64,000 nucleotides of DNA, from assembly GCA_016790475.1 (NCBI GenBank), contig JAEUOX010000172.1, positions 30,557-94,556 on the forward strand, given 5' to 3'. Of this stretch, positions 9,098 to 20,756 are shown one piece after another. Origin of the DNA: Rhodoferax sp. GTDB taxonomy: Bacteria > Pseudomonadota > Gammaproteobacteria > Burkholderiales > Burkholderiaceae_C. The stretch's first letter is position 1. Each line of letters begins with the position of its first letter. A program made the position numbers and the translations under genes. Below the pieces are notes generated by a model that did not search any database, was not told where the DNA came from, and worked only from the letters and a program-made list of their open reading frames with translations.

Positions 9098-10408
9098 ATG
9101 AAACTAGCGAACAACAAGGCCACGCTGTCATTCAGCAACGGCACCCCCAACATCGAGTTGCCCGTCTACAGCGGCAGCGTCGGCCCGGACGTCATCGACA
9201 TCCGCAAGCTGTACGCCCAGACCGGCATGTTCACCTACGACCCGGGCTTCCTGTCCACCGCGTCCTGCCAGTCCACGATCACCTACATCGACGGCGACAA
9301 GGGGGAACTGCTGTACCGCGGGTACCCGATCGAGCAGCTGGCAACCCATTGCGACTTCCTGGAAACCTGCCATCTGCTGCTGTACGGTGACCTGCCCAAT
9401 GCGGAGGGCAAGGCCTCCTTCACGAGGCGCGTGACCAACCACACGATGGTCAACGAGCAGATGCAGTTCTTCCTGCGCGGGTTCCGGCGCGATGCGCACC
9501 CGATGGCGATCATGACCGGCCTCGTGGGCGCGCTGTCGGCGTTCTACCACGACAGCACCGACATCAACAACCCGGAGCACCGGGAGATCTCCGCGATCCG
9601 TCTGATCGCCAAGCTGCCGACCCTGGTGGCCATGGCGTACAAGTACAGCGCCGGTCAGCCCTACATGTACCCGCGCAACAGCCTCAGCTATGCGGGCAAC
9701 TTCCTGCACATGATGTTCGCGACGCCCTGCGAACCGTACGAGGTCAACCCGGTCATTGAACGTGCGCTGGACCGCATCTTCATCCTGCATGCGGACCACG
9801 AGCAGAATGCATCCACATCGACGGTGCGGCTGTGCGGCAGTTCCGGCACCAACCCGTTCGCCGCCATCGCGGCCGGCGTGGCCTGCCTGTGGGGTCCGGC
9901 CCACGGCGGCGCGAACGAGGCCTGCCTGAACATGCTGACCGACATCCAGAAGATGGGTGGTGTCAGCAAGGTGGGCGAGTTCATCAACCAGGTCAAGGAC
10001 AAGACCTCCGGCATCAAGCTGATGGGCTTCGGACACCGCGTCTACAAGAACTACGACCCCCGCGCCAAGCTGATGCAGGAAACCTGCCGCGAAGTGCTGA
10101 CGGCACTCGGTCTGGAGAACGATCCGCTGTTCAAGCTGGCGATGGCGCTCGAGAAGATCGCCTTGGAGGACGACTACTTCGTCCAGCGCAAGCTCTATCC
10201 CAACGTCGACTTCTACTCCGGCATCGTGCAGCGGGCCATCGGCATCCCGACCTCGCTGTTCACTGCCATCTTCGCGCTGGCACGCACCGTCGGCTGGATC
10301 GCCCAGCTCAACGAGATGATCGGCGACCCGGAGTACAAGATCGGGCGTCCGCGCCAGCTCTACACCGGCTCCGCGCCGCGCGAAGTCAAGCCGCTCGCCC
10401 AGCGCTGA
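9098..10408 (+). CDS. gltA: Citrate synthase (type II)
   Basis: [45 protein letters not shown]. Confidence 0.98.
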   Translation: MKLANNKATLSFSNGTPNIELPVYSGSVGPDVIDIRKLYAQTGMFTYDPGFLSTASCQSTITYIDGDKGELLYRGYPIEQLATHCDFLETCHLLLYGDLPNAEGKASFTRRVTNHTMVNEQMQFFLRGFRRDAHPMAIMTGLVGALSAFYHDSTDINNPEHREISAIRLIAKLPTLVAMAYKYSAGQPYMYPRNSLSYAGNFLHMMFATPCEPYEVNPVIERALDRIFILHADHEQNASTSTVRLCGSSGTNPFAAIAAGVACLWGPAHGGANEACLNMLTDIQKMGGVSKVGEFINQVKDKTSGIKLMGFGHRVYKNYDPRAKLMQETCREVLTALGLENDPLFKLAMALEKIALEDDYFVQRKLYPNVDFYSGIVQRAIGIPTSLFTAIFALARTVGWIAQLNEMIGDPEYKIGRPRQLYTGSAPREVKPLAQR

Positions 10409-10428
10409 GCGGAACGCGACCCGACCGT

Positions 10429-10466
10429 CCACCCGGGGCCGCGGGCGCCCGGGTGGTCTCCGTTTT
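10429..10466 (+). terminator. Putative terminator hairpin after gltA
   Basis: CCACCCGGG (10429-10437) pairs with CCCGGGTGG (10448-10456); only a weak U-tract follows (TCTCCGTTTT). Confidence 0.45.
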
Positions 10467-10505
10467 CCGCACGCCTAGAATCGCGTGTCCGAAGGAATCT
10501 GCACC

Positions 10506-11927
10506 ATGAGCCGCACGCTGTACGACAAGATCTGGGACGACCATGTGGTCCACACCGAGGAGGACGGCACCGCCATCCTCTATATCGACCGGCATTTGGT
10601 GCATGAGGTGACCAGCCCGCAGGCCTTCGAGGGGCTGCGCCAGGCCGGGCGCAAGGTCTGGCGCGTGAGTTCGGTCGTCGCGACGGCGGACCACAACACG
10701 CCGACGACCGGCTGGGAGTTGGGTTACGACGGCATTGCCGATCCGGTCAGCCGCGAACAGATCACCACGCTGGACGACAACATGCGCCAGTACGGCGCGG
10801 CGGCCTACTTTCCCTTCCTGTCGAAGCGCCAGGGCATCGTGCATGTCATTGGCCCGGAAAACGGCGCCACGCTGCCGGGCATGACCGTCGTGTGCGGGGA
10901 CTCCCACACCTCCACGCATGGCGCCTTCGGCGCGCTGGCGCACGGTATCGGCACCAGCGAGGTCGAGCATGTGCTGGCGACCCAGACGCTGCTGGCCAAG
11001 AAGGCGCGCAACATGCTTGTCCGGGTCGAAGGCACCCTGCCGCGGGGTTGCAGCGCCAAGGACATCGTGCTGGCCATCATCGGGCGCATCGGCACGGCCG
11101 GGGGCACCGGCTACACGATCGAGTTCGCCGGCTCCGCGATCCGCGCGCTCAGCATGGAAGGCCGCATGACGGTCTGCAACATGGCGATCGAAGCCGGCGC
11201 CCGTGCCGGCCTGGTGGCCGTGGATCAGAAGACGATCGACTACATCCAGGGCCGGCCGCTGGCCCCGTCCGGCGTCGAGTGGGAGCAGGCGGTCGCCTAC
11301 TGGAAGACCCTGCACTCCGACCCGCAGGCCCGGTTCGACGCAACGGTGGACATCGATGCGTCGCAGATCACGCCGCAGGTCACGTGGGGTACCTCGCCGG
11401 AGATGGTCCTCGGCATCGACGGGCGGGTCCCGGACCCGGACCGCGAGAAGGACGCCAACAAGCGTGCCGCGATCGAACGGGCCCTGACCTACATGGGCCT
11501 GGAGCCCGGCAAGGCGCTCAGCGACCTGCATGTGGACAAGGTGTTCATCGGCTCCTGCACGAACAGCCGGATCGAGGACATGCGGGAAGCGGCGGCGGTC
11601 GTGCGCCGGCTCGGCCGCCGGGTCGCCGGCTCGATCCGCGTGGCGATGGTGGTGCCCGGATCCGGTCTGGTCAAGCAGCAGGCGGAGCGCGAAGGGCTGC
11701 ACGAGATCTTCAAGGCGGCGGGCTTCGAATGGCGCGAGCCCGGCTGCTCGATGTGCCTGGCGATGAACGCGGACCGCCTGGAGCCGGGCGAGCGCTGCGC
11801 ATCCACCAGCAACCGGAACTTCGAAGGGCGCCAGGGCGCCGGCGGGCGCACCCATCTGGTGAGCCCGGCGATGGCCGCCGCCGCTGCGATTCACGGCCAT
11901 TTCGTCGATATCCGCCGCTTCAGCTGA
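10506..11927 (+). CDS. leuC: 3-isopropylmalate dehydratase large subunit
   Basis: [59 protein letters not shown]; TAGAAT -10 at about 10476. Confidence 0.98.
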   Translation: MSRTLYDKIWDDHVVHTEEDGTAILYIDRHLVHEVTSPQAFEGLRQAGRKVWRVSSVVATADHNTPTTGWELGYDGIADPVSREQITTLDDNMRQYGAAAYFPFLSKRQGIVHVIGPENGATLPGMTVVCGDSHTSTHGAFGALAHGIGTSEVEHVLATQTLLAKKARNMLVRVEGTLPRGCSAKDIVLAIIGRIGTAGGTGYTIEFAGSAIRALSMEGRMTVCNMAIEAGARAGLVAVDQKTIDYIQGRPLAPSGVEWEQAVAYWKTLHSDPQARFDATVDIDASQITPQVTWGTSPEMVLGIDGRVPDPDREKDANKRAAIERALTYMGLEPGKALSDLHVDKVFIGSCTNSRIEDMREAAAVVRRLGRRVAGSIRVAMVVPGSGLVKQQAEREGLHEIFKAAGFEWREPGCSMCLAMNADRLEPGERCASTSNRNFEGRQGAGGRTHLVSPAMAAAAAIHGHFVDIRRFS

Positions 11928-11946
11928 CTCGACACCGGAAACCGCC

Positions 11947-12600
11947 ATGCAAAAATTCACTGTGCACCAAGGCCTGGTCGCTCCGATGGACCGGGAGAAT
12001 GTCGACACCGACGCGATCATCCCGAAGCAGTTCCTGAAGTCGATCCGCAAGACCGGCTTCGGCCAGAACCTGTTCGACGAATGGCGCTACCTGGACGCCG
12101 GCTACCCCGGTCAGGACCCGGCCTCCCGGCGCCCGAATCCGGATTTCGTGCTGAACCAGCCGCGCTATGCGGGCGCCTCGATCCTGCTGGCCCGCAAGAA
12201 CTTCGGCTGCGGATCCTCGCGGGAGCACGCTCCCTGGGCGCTGGAGCAATACGGCTTCCGGGCGATCATCGCGCCGAGCTATGCGGACATCTTCTTCAAC
12301 AACAGCTTCAAGAACGGTCTGCTGCCCATCACGCTGCCGGAGCATGTGGTGGCGCAACTGTTCGATGCGGTGCACGGCTTCCCCGGCTACCGCCTGACGA
12401 TCGACCTGGAGCGGCAGGTGATCCTGCAGCCCCAGGGCGCGGAGATCCCGTTCGAGGTCCAGCCCTTCCGGCGCTATTGCCTGCTGAACGGCTTTGACGA
12501 CATCGGCCTGACGCTGCGCCAGGCAGACAAGATCCGCGCGTTCGAGGCGGAGCGCCTGGCCACGAAGCCCTGGCTGGCCAAGGCCTTCCCGGCATCCTGA
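11947..12600 (+). CDS. leuD: 3-isopropylmalate dehydratase small subunit
   Basis: [13 protein letters not shown] and [15 protein letters not shown] motifs. Confidence 0.98.
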   Translation: MQKFTVHQGLVAPMDRENVDTDAIIPKQFLKSIRKTGFGQNLFDEWRYLDAGYPGQDPASRRPNPDFVLNQPRYAGASILLARKNFGCGSSREHAPWALEQYGFRAIIAPSYADIFFNNSFKNGLLPITLPEHVVAQLFDAVHGFPGYRLTIDLERQVILQPQGAEIPFEVQPFRRYCLLNGFDDIGLTLRQADKIRAFEAERLATKPWLAKAFPAS

Positions 12601-12623
12601 TCCGTTTACCTGCATCCATCCCC

Positions 12624-13706
12624 ATGAAAATCGCAATCCTTCCGGGTGACGGCATCGGCACCGAGATCGTCGCCGAGGCCGTCAAGGTCCTGCAGGTGCT
12701 GGACCTGAAGCTCGAGACCGAAACCGCACTCGTCGGTGGCGCCGCCTACGAAGCCCACGGACACCCGCTGCCGGACAGCACGCTGCAGCTGGCCCGCCAG
12801 GCGGATGCGATCCTGTTCGGCGCCGTCGGCGACTGGAAGTACGACAAGCTGGACCGGCCGCTGCGGCCGGAGCAGGCGATCCTCGGCCTGCGCAAGCACC
12901 TGGGCCTGTTCGCGAACTTCCGTCCGGCGATCTGCCATGAGCAGCTGGTCGATGCATCCAGCCTCAAGCCGGAGCTGATCGCGGGCCTGGACATCCTGAT
13001 CATCCGGGAACTGACCGGCGACATCTACTTTGGGCAGCCCCGGGGCCGCCGCACCGCGACGGACGGCCATTTCCCGGGCTCCGAAGAGGCCTTCGACACG
13101 ATGCGCTACAGCCGCCCGGAGGTGGAGCGCATCGCCCACGTGGCCTTCCAGGCCGCCCGCAAGCGCAACAAGCGGGTGACGAGCGTGGACAAGGCGAACG
13201 TGCTGGAGACCTTCCAGTTCTGGAAGGACGTCGTGACCGATGTCGCCCGGGAGTACCCCGACGTGGCACTGGACCACATGTACGTCGACAACGCTGCGAT
13301 GCAGCTGGTCCGCGCCCCCAAGAAGTTCGACGTGATCGTGACCGGCAACATGTTTGGCGACATCCTCAGCGATGAGGCCGCCATGCTGACCGGATCGATC
13401 GGCATGTTGCCTTCGGCCAGCCTGAATGCGCGCAACCAGGGCCTCTACGAGCCCAGCCACGGCAGCGCCCCCGACATTGCCGGCAAGGGCATCGCCAATC
13501 CGCTGGCGACGATCCTCAGCGCCGCCATGATGCTGCGGTTCAGCCTGAATCAGCCGGAGGCGGCCGACCACATCGAGACGGCGGTTCGCGCGGTGCTGGC
13601 GCAGGGACTGCGCACCGCCGATATTGCCGGCCCCGGGACGATCCCGGTCGGTACGGTGGCGATGGGCGACGCCGTGGCTGCCGCGCTGCGCCAGGCACTC
13701 CACTAG
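12624..13706 (+). CDS. leuB: 3-isopropylmalate dehydrogenase
   Basis: [50 protein letters not shown]. Confidence 0.98.
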   Translation: MKIAILPGDGIGTEIVAEAVKVLQVLDLKLETETALVGGAAYEAHGHPLPDSTLQLARQADAILFGAVGDWKYDKLDRPLRPEQAILGLRKHLGLFANFRPAICHEQLVDASSLKPELIAGLDILIIRELTGDIYFGQPRGRRTATDGHFPGSEEAFDTMRYSRPEVERIAHVAFQAARKRNKRVTSVDKANVLETFQFWKDVVTDVAREYPDVALDHMYVDNAAMQLVRAPKKFDVIVTGNMFGDILSDEAAMLTGSIGMLPSASLNARNQGLYEPSHGSAPDIAGKGIANPLATILSAAMMLRFSLNQPEAADHIETAVRAVLAQGLRTADIAGPGTIPVGTVAMGDAVAAALRQALH

Positions 13707-13715
13707 AATCGGCCC

Positions 13716-13823
13716 ATGCGCAGCGACCTGCCAGCCTCCCCTTGCCCGGACAACGACCGGGTCGGCGGGGATGCGCGCCGGTGCGTCGCGGGCACCATCA
13801 AGGCGACAACCATCAAAGGCTGA
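13716..13823 (+). CDS. Putative leader peptide (35 aa) upstream of asd
   Basis: Manual translation MRSDLPASPCPDNDRVGGDARRCVAGTIKATTIKG*; TAGAAT (13704-13709) lies 6 nt before the ATG; followed by an 11-bp hairpin (13829-13866). Confidence 0.5.
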   Translation: MRSDLPASPCPDNDRVGGDARRCVAGTIKATTIKG

Positions 13824-13907
13824 AGCAGCCCGGTTCGTCGCGCCCCAACCGGCCAGACGAGCCGGGATCTGAAATCTGTATGTTTCAAATCTGAAAGGGG
13901 TGATGTG

Positions 13908-15044
13908 ATGAAGACGGGCAATGTGGTGGGGTTGGTAGGCTGGCGGGGCATGGTGGGCTCGGTCCTGATGGACCGCATGCGCGCGGAGGGCGACTTTGCG
14001 CTGATCGAGCCGGTTTTCTTCTCGACATCGAATGCCGGCGGCGCTGCACCGTCGGTCGCCGGACCGGGCGCAGTCCTCCAGGACGCCTCCGACATCCAGG
14101 CGCTGCGCCGCTGCGACATCATCATCACCGCCCAGGGCGGCGACTACACCAGCGCCGTGTTCCCGCAACTGCGGGCGGCCGGTTGGAACGGCCACTGGAT
14201 TGACGCAGCGTCGACGCTGCGGATGAAGGACGACGCGATCATCGTGCTGGATCCGGTCAACCTGCCGGTCATCCACACCGCGCTCGGCAAGGGCGTGCGC
14301 AACTGGATCGGCGGCAATTGCACTGTCAGCTGCATGCTGATGGGCGTCGGCGCACTGTACAAGGCCGGTCTGGTTGAATGGATGTCCAGCATGACCTACC
14401 AGGCCGCCTCCGGCGGCGGCGCCCAGCACATGCGCGAACTGCTCACGCAGTTCGGCACGCTGAACGCCGAGGTCCGCCACCTGCTGGACGACCCGCAGTC
14501 GGCGATCCTGGAGATCGACCGGAAGGTGCTGGCGCGGCAGCAGGCCATGGGCAGTGCCGAGACCGCCAATTTCGGCGTCCCGCTGGGCGGCAGCCTGATT
14601 CCCTGGATCGACAAGGATCTGGGCGACGGCATCAGCCGCGAAGAGTGGAAGGGCGGCGCCGAGACCAACAAGATCCTGGGCCAGGGTGCGGGCTTCGGGA
14701 CGCCGGCGGTTCCGGTCGATGGCTTCTGCGTCCGTGTCGGCGCCATGCGCTGCCATAGCCAGGCCCTGACCTTCAAGCTCCGCAAGAACGTGCCGGTGGC
14801 GGACATCGAAGCGATGATCGCCGCCGACAACCCCTGGGTCCGCGTGGTGCCCAACACCCGCGAGGCGACGCTGGCCGGCCTGACGCCGGTCGCGGTGACG
14901 GGCACGCTGGAGATCCCGGTCGGCCGGATCCGCAAGCTGGCCATGGGCCCGGAGTATGTCGGGGCCTTCACGATCGGCGACCAATTGCTGTGGGGGGCTG
15001 CCGAACCCCTGCGCCGCATGCTGCGCATCCTGCTGGAGGCCTGA
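13908..15044 (+). CDS. asd: Aspartate-semialdehyde dehydrogenase
   Basis: [29 protein letters not shown] active-site Cys, [19 protein letters not shown]. Confidence 0.98.
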   Translation: MKTGNVVGLVGWRGMVGSVLMDRMRAEGDFALIEPVFFSTSNAGGAAPSVAGPGAVLQDASDIQALRRCDIIITAQGGDYTSAVFPQLRAAGWNGHWIDAASTLRMKDDAIIVLDPVNLPVIHTALGKGVRNWIGGNCTVSCMLMGVGALYKAGLVEWMSSMTYQAASGGGAQHMRELLTQFGTLNAEVRHLLDDPQSAILEIDRKVLARQQAMGSAETANFGVPLGGSLIPWIDKDLGDGISREEWKGGAETNKILGQGAGFGTPAVPVDGFCVRVGAMRCHSQALTFKLRKNVPVADIEAMIAADNPWVRVVPNTREATLAGLTPVAVTGTLEIPVGRIRKLAMGPEYVGAFTIGDQLLWGAAEPLRRMLRILLEA

Positions 15045-15138
15045 ACCCGCCACCGCGGTGGCGTTGCCGTTTGACAACAGCCTTTTGCGTGTCTGCGCGT
15101 GCTCGCACGTGCGGGGGATACTGGAGCGACTTCTTAGC

Positions 15139-15167
15139 TTGTCAGCCTAAGACATTGATGTTATGGT
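15139..15167 (+). promoter_or_regulatory. Sigma70-type promoter of fimV
   Basis: TTGTCA (15139-15144), 17 bp spacer, TG-extended TATGGT (15162-15167). Confidence 0.6.
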
Positions 15168-15250
15168 ACTTTTCAGGAAAAGAGTGTCGCGGCTTTTTGC
15201 CCCCCCGTTTGCATGGGTGAGGGGCTGCCCGAACGTCGGAGGCTACTAAA

Positions 15251-17947
15251 TTGATTGCTAAGTCACATCGCTGGCGCAAGACCGCGGTCGCGTCCCTGGC
15301 CGCGGCGCTGGTCGGCTTGTCCGGGTCGTCCGCCCATGCGCTGGCTTTGGGCCGGATCACCGTCCAGTCGGCACTTGGCGAACCCCTCCGGGCAGAGATC
15401 GATATCCCGGACATCAACGCGGAGGAAGCCTCCAGTCTCAAGGCGGCAGTTGCGCAACCCGAGGCCTTCAAGGCCGCCGGGCTTGACTACAACGCGGCCC
15501 TCGCATCCGCGCAAATCTCGTTGCAGCGCCGTGCGGATGGGCGGGCCTATATCCGGATCACCAGTGACCGCATCGTCACGGAACCCTTCATCGACCTGAT
15601 CCTGGAGGCCAGTTGGTCTAGCGGGCGTGTGGTGCGTGACTACACGATGTTGCTGGATCCTCCCAGCCTGCGGCCCCAGGTCGCCGCCGCGCCCGTCCTG
15701 CCGCAGGTCGCTGCCGCACCGGTGGCTCCCGCCGCGCCAGCGGCCGCTCCCGCGGTCGTCACGCCCCGGCCGGCCGCACCGGCACCGGCACAGGCTGCTG
15801 CGCCCCGCAAGCCAGCGACAGCCGCAGCGGCCCCGGCCAAGGCCCGCAGCGAGGGCGAGAACCGGGTGGTCGTGAAACCCGGCGACACCGCGAGCCGCAT
15901 TGCGGCGGCCAACAAGCCAGCCCAGATCTCGCTGGACCAGATGCTGGTGGCCCTGCTGCGCAATAACGAGGATGCGTTTGTCGGCGGCAATCTGAACCGG
16001 CTCAAGGCCGGCTCCGTGCTGACGATCCCCACCGAGGAGCAGGCCCGTGCGATGGCCCCGGCCGAGGCGTCCCAGACCGTGATCGCCCAGAGCCGGGACT
16101 TCAACGATTTCCGGGGCAAGCTGGCGACCAGTGCACCGACCGTGCCGGTGGCCTCCGCCGACCGCAAGGCCAGCGGGACCCTGCAGGCCCAGGTGGACGA
16201 CAAGAAATCGACCGCCCCGGCCGCGGACAAGCTGCAGTTGTCCAAGGGCGGTCTGGAAGTCGCGAAGGCCACCGAGGCCAAGGTCGCGCAAGACAAGATG
16301 GCCCAGGACGCCGCGAAGCGTGCGGCCGAGCTGGCCAAGAACATCAAGGACCTCAACAACATTGCCGCCGGATCGGTGGCGGCCTCCGCGCCTGCGGCAG
16401 CCACCGCTCCCGTGGCGGTCACGGCACCGGCTCCTGCACCGGCCCCGGTCGCTTCGGCCGCGCCTCCCCCGCCCGTGGCAGTTTCCGCACCGGCGCCAGC
16501 ACCGGCCCCCGTCGCCAGCGCCGCGCCTGCACCGCGGCCCGTGGCCAAGGCGCCAGCCGCGCCACCGCCGCCGCCCGAGGAGCCCGGCTTCCTCGACAGC
16601 CTGCTGGAGAATCCGCTGATTGCCGCAGCGGCTGGCGGGTTGATCGCGCTGATGGCAGGCCTGGGCATCTACCGGGCACGGCAGCGCAAGAAGACGGCCG
16701 AAGTCGACAGCGCCTTCCTGGAGAGTCGCCTGCAGCCCGATTCTTTCTTCGGTTCGAGCGGCGGACAGCGGGTCGACACGAACGATGGTGCTCCCACCGG
16801 CTCGTCGATGGTCTACTCGCCCAGCCAGCTGGATGCGGCCGACGACGTCGACCCGGTGGCCGAGGCCGATGTCTACCTGGCCTACGGTCGCGATCTGCAG
16901 GCCGAAGAGATCCTCAAGGAGGCCTTGCGAACCCACGCCGGCCGTATCGCGATCCACCAGAAGCTGCTGGACATCTACGCAAAGCGGCGCGACGTCGCAG
17001 CCTTCGAGAACATGGCCAACGAGGCCTACAAGGTGGTCGGTGGCCAGAGTCCCGAATGGGCCAAGATCTGCGAACAGGGCCAGTCGATCGATCCCAACAA
17101 TCCGCTGTACCAGCCCGGCGGCCAGCCCTCGCCGCAGAACCTGGTTCCCACCGCGGTGCCGCGCGACTTCCCGAGCCTCGCGTCGGCTGCCGCAGCCACG
17201 CAGAAGATCTCGGTGCCCGCCGCCGCGGCACTGGCGCCGGCCACCGTGGATCTGGATCTCGACCTGGACTTTTCGCTCGATGAGCCGGCACCCAGCGCGA
17301 TCGTGGAAGCCCAGCCGACCCGCAGCGAACCCTCGACGGTGGCGCTGCAGGCCGTGCCCTCCGGCCCCGCGCCGCTGGACATGGACTTCGGCATCAGCAC
17401 CGAGGCCCTGCCGGCCCGCACCGGCGCCGACGCGGCCCCGCTGCCGGTGGAGGTCGACCTGCCGGACGCCCCGGGCGCCAACGATACCGTGGCCCTGTCC
17501 GCCAGCGAGAGCGAGGAATTCCGCCAGCAGGCGGAAGTCAGCTTCGGCTCCACGAGCCCGGTGCCGCTGCAGGCCCAGACGACCGCGATGGCACCGTTCG
17601 CGTCGGTCGATGCCCCCCTGCCCGATCTGAACTTCGGCGCCACGACGCCGGACACGCTGACAGCCACCCAGGCGCCCCTGAACCAGAAGGATGCGCCGGA
17701 CTCCGGCATGCTGGAGTTCGACCTGGGAACCCTGTCGCTCGAACTGGAACCGGCAGCGCCTGCTGCCGCACCAGAAGCCGCGGCAGCCGAGCCGGAAGAC
17801 CCGCTGGCAACCAAGCTGGCCCTGGCGGAGGAGTTCGTATCGATCGGCGACGACGATGGTGCCCGCGCACTGATCGAGGAAGTCATTGCCGAGGCCACCG
17901 GCGACCTCAAGGCCAAGGCGCAGCGTGCGCTGAGCAGCCTGGGCTGA
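15251..17947 (+). CDS. fimV: FimV/HubP-family polar landmark protein (LysM, TM, acidic cytoplasmic region, C-terminal FimV domain)
   Basis: LGRITVQSALGEPL, RDYTMLLDP, LysM-like VKPGDT...NLNRLKAG, DPVAEADVYLAYGR, TKLALAEEFVSIGDDDGARALIEEV; TTG start with GGAGG RBS; asd-fimV-truA synteny. Confidence 0.93.
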   Translation: MIAKSHRWRKTAVASLAAALVGLSGSSAHALALGRITVQSALGEPLRAEIDIPDINAEEASSLKAAVAQPEAFKAAGLDYNAALASAQISLQRRADGRAYIRITSDRIVTEPFIDLILEASWSSGRVVRDYTMLLDPPSLRPQVAAAPVLPQVAAAPVAPAAPAAAPAVVTPRPAAPAPAQAAAPRKPATAAAAPAKARSEGENRVVVKPGDTASRIAAANKPAQISLDQMLVALLRNNEDAFVGGNLNRLKAGSVLTIPTEEQARAMAPAEASQTVIAQSRDFNDFRGKLATSAPTVPVASADRKASGTLQAQVDDKKSTAPAADKLQLSKGGLEVAKATEAKVAQDKMAQDAAKRAAELAKNIKDLNNIAAGSVAASAPAAATAPVAVTAPAPAPAPVASAAPPPPVAVSAPAPAPAPVASAAPAPRPVAKAPAAPPPPPEEPGFLDSLLENPLIAAAAGGLIALMAGLGIYRARQRKKTAEVDSAFLESRLQPDSFFGSSGGQRVDTNDGAPTGSSMVYSPSQLDAADDVDPVAEADVYLAYGRDLQAEEILKEALRTHAGRIAIHQKLLDIYAKRRDVAAFENMANEAYKVVGGQSPEWAKICEQGQSIDPNNPLYQPGGQPSPQNLVPTAVPRDFPSLASAAAATQKISVPAAAALAPATVDLDLDLDFSLDEPAPSAIVEAQPTRSEPSTVALQAVPSGPAPLDMDFGISTEALPARTGADAAPLPVEVDLPDAPGANDTVALSASESEEFRQQAEVSFGSTSPVPLQAQTTAMAPFASVDAPLPDLNFGATTPDTLTATQAPLNQKDAPDSGMLEFDLGTLSLELEPAAPAAAPEAAAAEPEDPLATKLALAEEFVSIGDDDGARALIEEVIAEATGDLKAKAQRALSSLG

Positions 17948-17981
17948 CAAGCAACCTGAGGCCTTGGGCAGCGGGCGGCTC

Positions 17982-18764
17982 GTGAGGCTTGCGCTGGGCG
18001 TCAGCTACCATGGCGCCGCCTACCAGGGTTGGCAGAGCCAACCCTCCGGCCAGACCGTCCAGGACCAGCTGGAGCTTGCACTGAGCCGGCTGGCGGACGC
18101 CCCCATCGGAACCCTCTGCGCAGGCCGCACCGATGCCGGTGTGCACGCGCTGATGCAGGTGGTCCATTTCGACACCAACGCCGTCCGCCGCCCGTTCTCC
18201 TGGGTGCGGGGTACCAATGCCCTGCTGCCGCGCGACATCGCCGTCCAATGGGCGCAGGTCGTGCCGCCGGAGTTCCATTGCCGGGCCGCGGCACAGTCGC
18301 GCCGCTACGCCTACATCCTGCTGGAGTCCGCGGTCCGGCCCTCGATCGACCACGGGCGCGTCGGCTGGGTCCTGCCGGGTCTGGATGCGCAGGCGATGCA
18401 GCAGGCAGCCGCCCTCCTCCTCGGCGAGCATGATTTCACGTCGTTTCGTGCCTCGGCGTGCCAGGCGCTTTCACCGGTCAAGAACCTGATGCACATCGGC
18501 ATCACCCGCAGGGGAAGCTATTGGCGATTCGAGTTCGAGGCGAATGCCTTTCTGCACCATATGGTGCGCAATCTGATGGGTTGCCTGCTCGCCATCGGCC
18601 AGGGCCGCCAGCCGTCGGATTGGGCCGCTCAGGTGCTGCAGGCGCGCTCGCGCGATGCGGCTGCGCCAACCTTCTCTCCGGAAGGCCTGTACTTCCTGGG
18701 CCCGCGCTACGCCTCCCATTGGGGACTGCCGGATCGCACCGACCCGTATGATGGACTGCCATGA
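17982..18764 (+). CDS. truA: tRNA pseudouridine(38-40) synthase
   Basis: YHGAAYQGWQSQ, CAGRTDAGVHA, GEHDFTSFR, ANAFLHHMVR. Confidence 0.97.
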   Translation: MRLALGVSYHGAAYQGWQSQPSGQTVQDQLELALSRLADAPIGTLCAGRTDAGVHALMQVVHFDTNAVRRPFSWVRGTNALLPRDIAVQWAQVVPPEFHCRAAAQSRRYAYILLESAVRPSIDHGRVGWVLPGLDAQAMQQAAALLLGEHDFTSFRASACQALSPVKNLMHIGITRRGSYWRFEFEANAFLHHMVRNLMGCLLAIGQGRQPSDWAAQVLQARSRDAAAPTFSPEGLYFLGPRYASHWGLPDRTDPYDGLP

Positions 18765-19460
18765 ACCTGCCCCTGTACCCGCCGCACCGCACGCGCATCA
18801 AGATCTGCGGCATGACCCGGGAGGCCGACGTGGACGCGAGCGTCGCGGCCGGGGCGGATGCGGTCGGCTTCGTGATGTACCGGCCCAGCCCGCGCCATGT
18901 CACGCCGGAGCGCGCGGCCGAGCTCGCACGCCGCCTGCCGCCCTTCGTGACACCGGTGCTGCTGTTCGTCAACGAAACTGCCTCGCACATCGCAGCCTGC
19001 TGTCGGCTGCTGCCGACTGCGCTGCTGCAATTCCATGGGGACGAAACACCGGAACAGTGCCAGGAAGCCACCGGCGGCGGTGCGCGCGCCTATCTGCGCG
19101 CCGCACGCATCCCGCTGGGCGATGCGGCACTGCAATTCGATCTCGTAGAATTCGCACAAACTTTCAGAGGCGCCCAAGCCCTGCTGCTCGACGCACATGT
19201 CGAGGGATACGGCGGAGGGGGCCGCAGCTTCAATTGGTCACTGCTTCCTCCAAGCGTCGATTGTCACCTCGTCTTAGGTGGTGGGCTCACGCCTGCAAAC
19301 GTGACCGATGGCATCTTGCAGGTGCGACCGCGTTGCAGATCGCTCGCGGTTGATGTCAGCAGCGGCGTCGAGATGTCCAAGGGCATCAAGGACGCCACCA
19401 AGATCCACCAATTTGTCGCGGCCGTGCGTGCCGCCGACGAACAGCTTGCGAGATTGCACC

Positions 19461-19483
<23 letters not shown>
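18761..19483 (+). CDS. trpF: Phosphoribosylanthranilate isomerase
   Basis: [19 protein letters not shown]...[32 protein letters not shown]. Confidence 0.96.

Positions 19484-20752
<1,269 letters not shown>

Positions 20753-20756
<4 letters not shown>

Noticed and set aside
15071-15076. Perfect TTGACA upstream of fimV
   Set aside because: No -10 hexamer at 16-18 bp spacing.
19197-19277. ATG-initiated 26-aa ORF in the third frame of trpF (MSRDTAEG...)
   Set aside because: Contains no Trp codons, so it does not explain the codon anomaly; the TTG/WW frame fits better.
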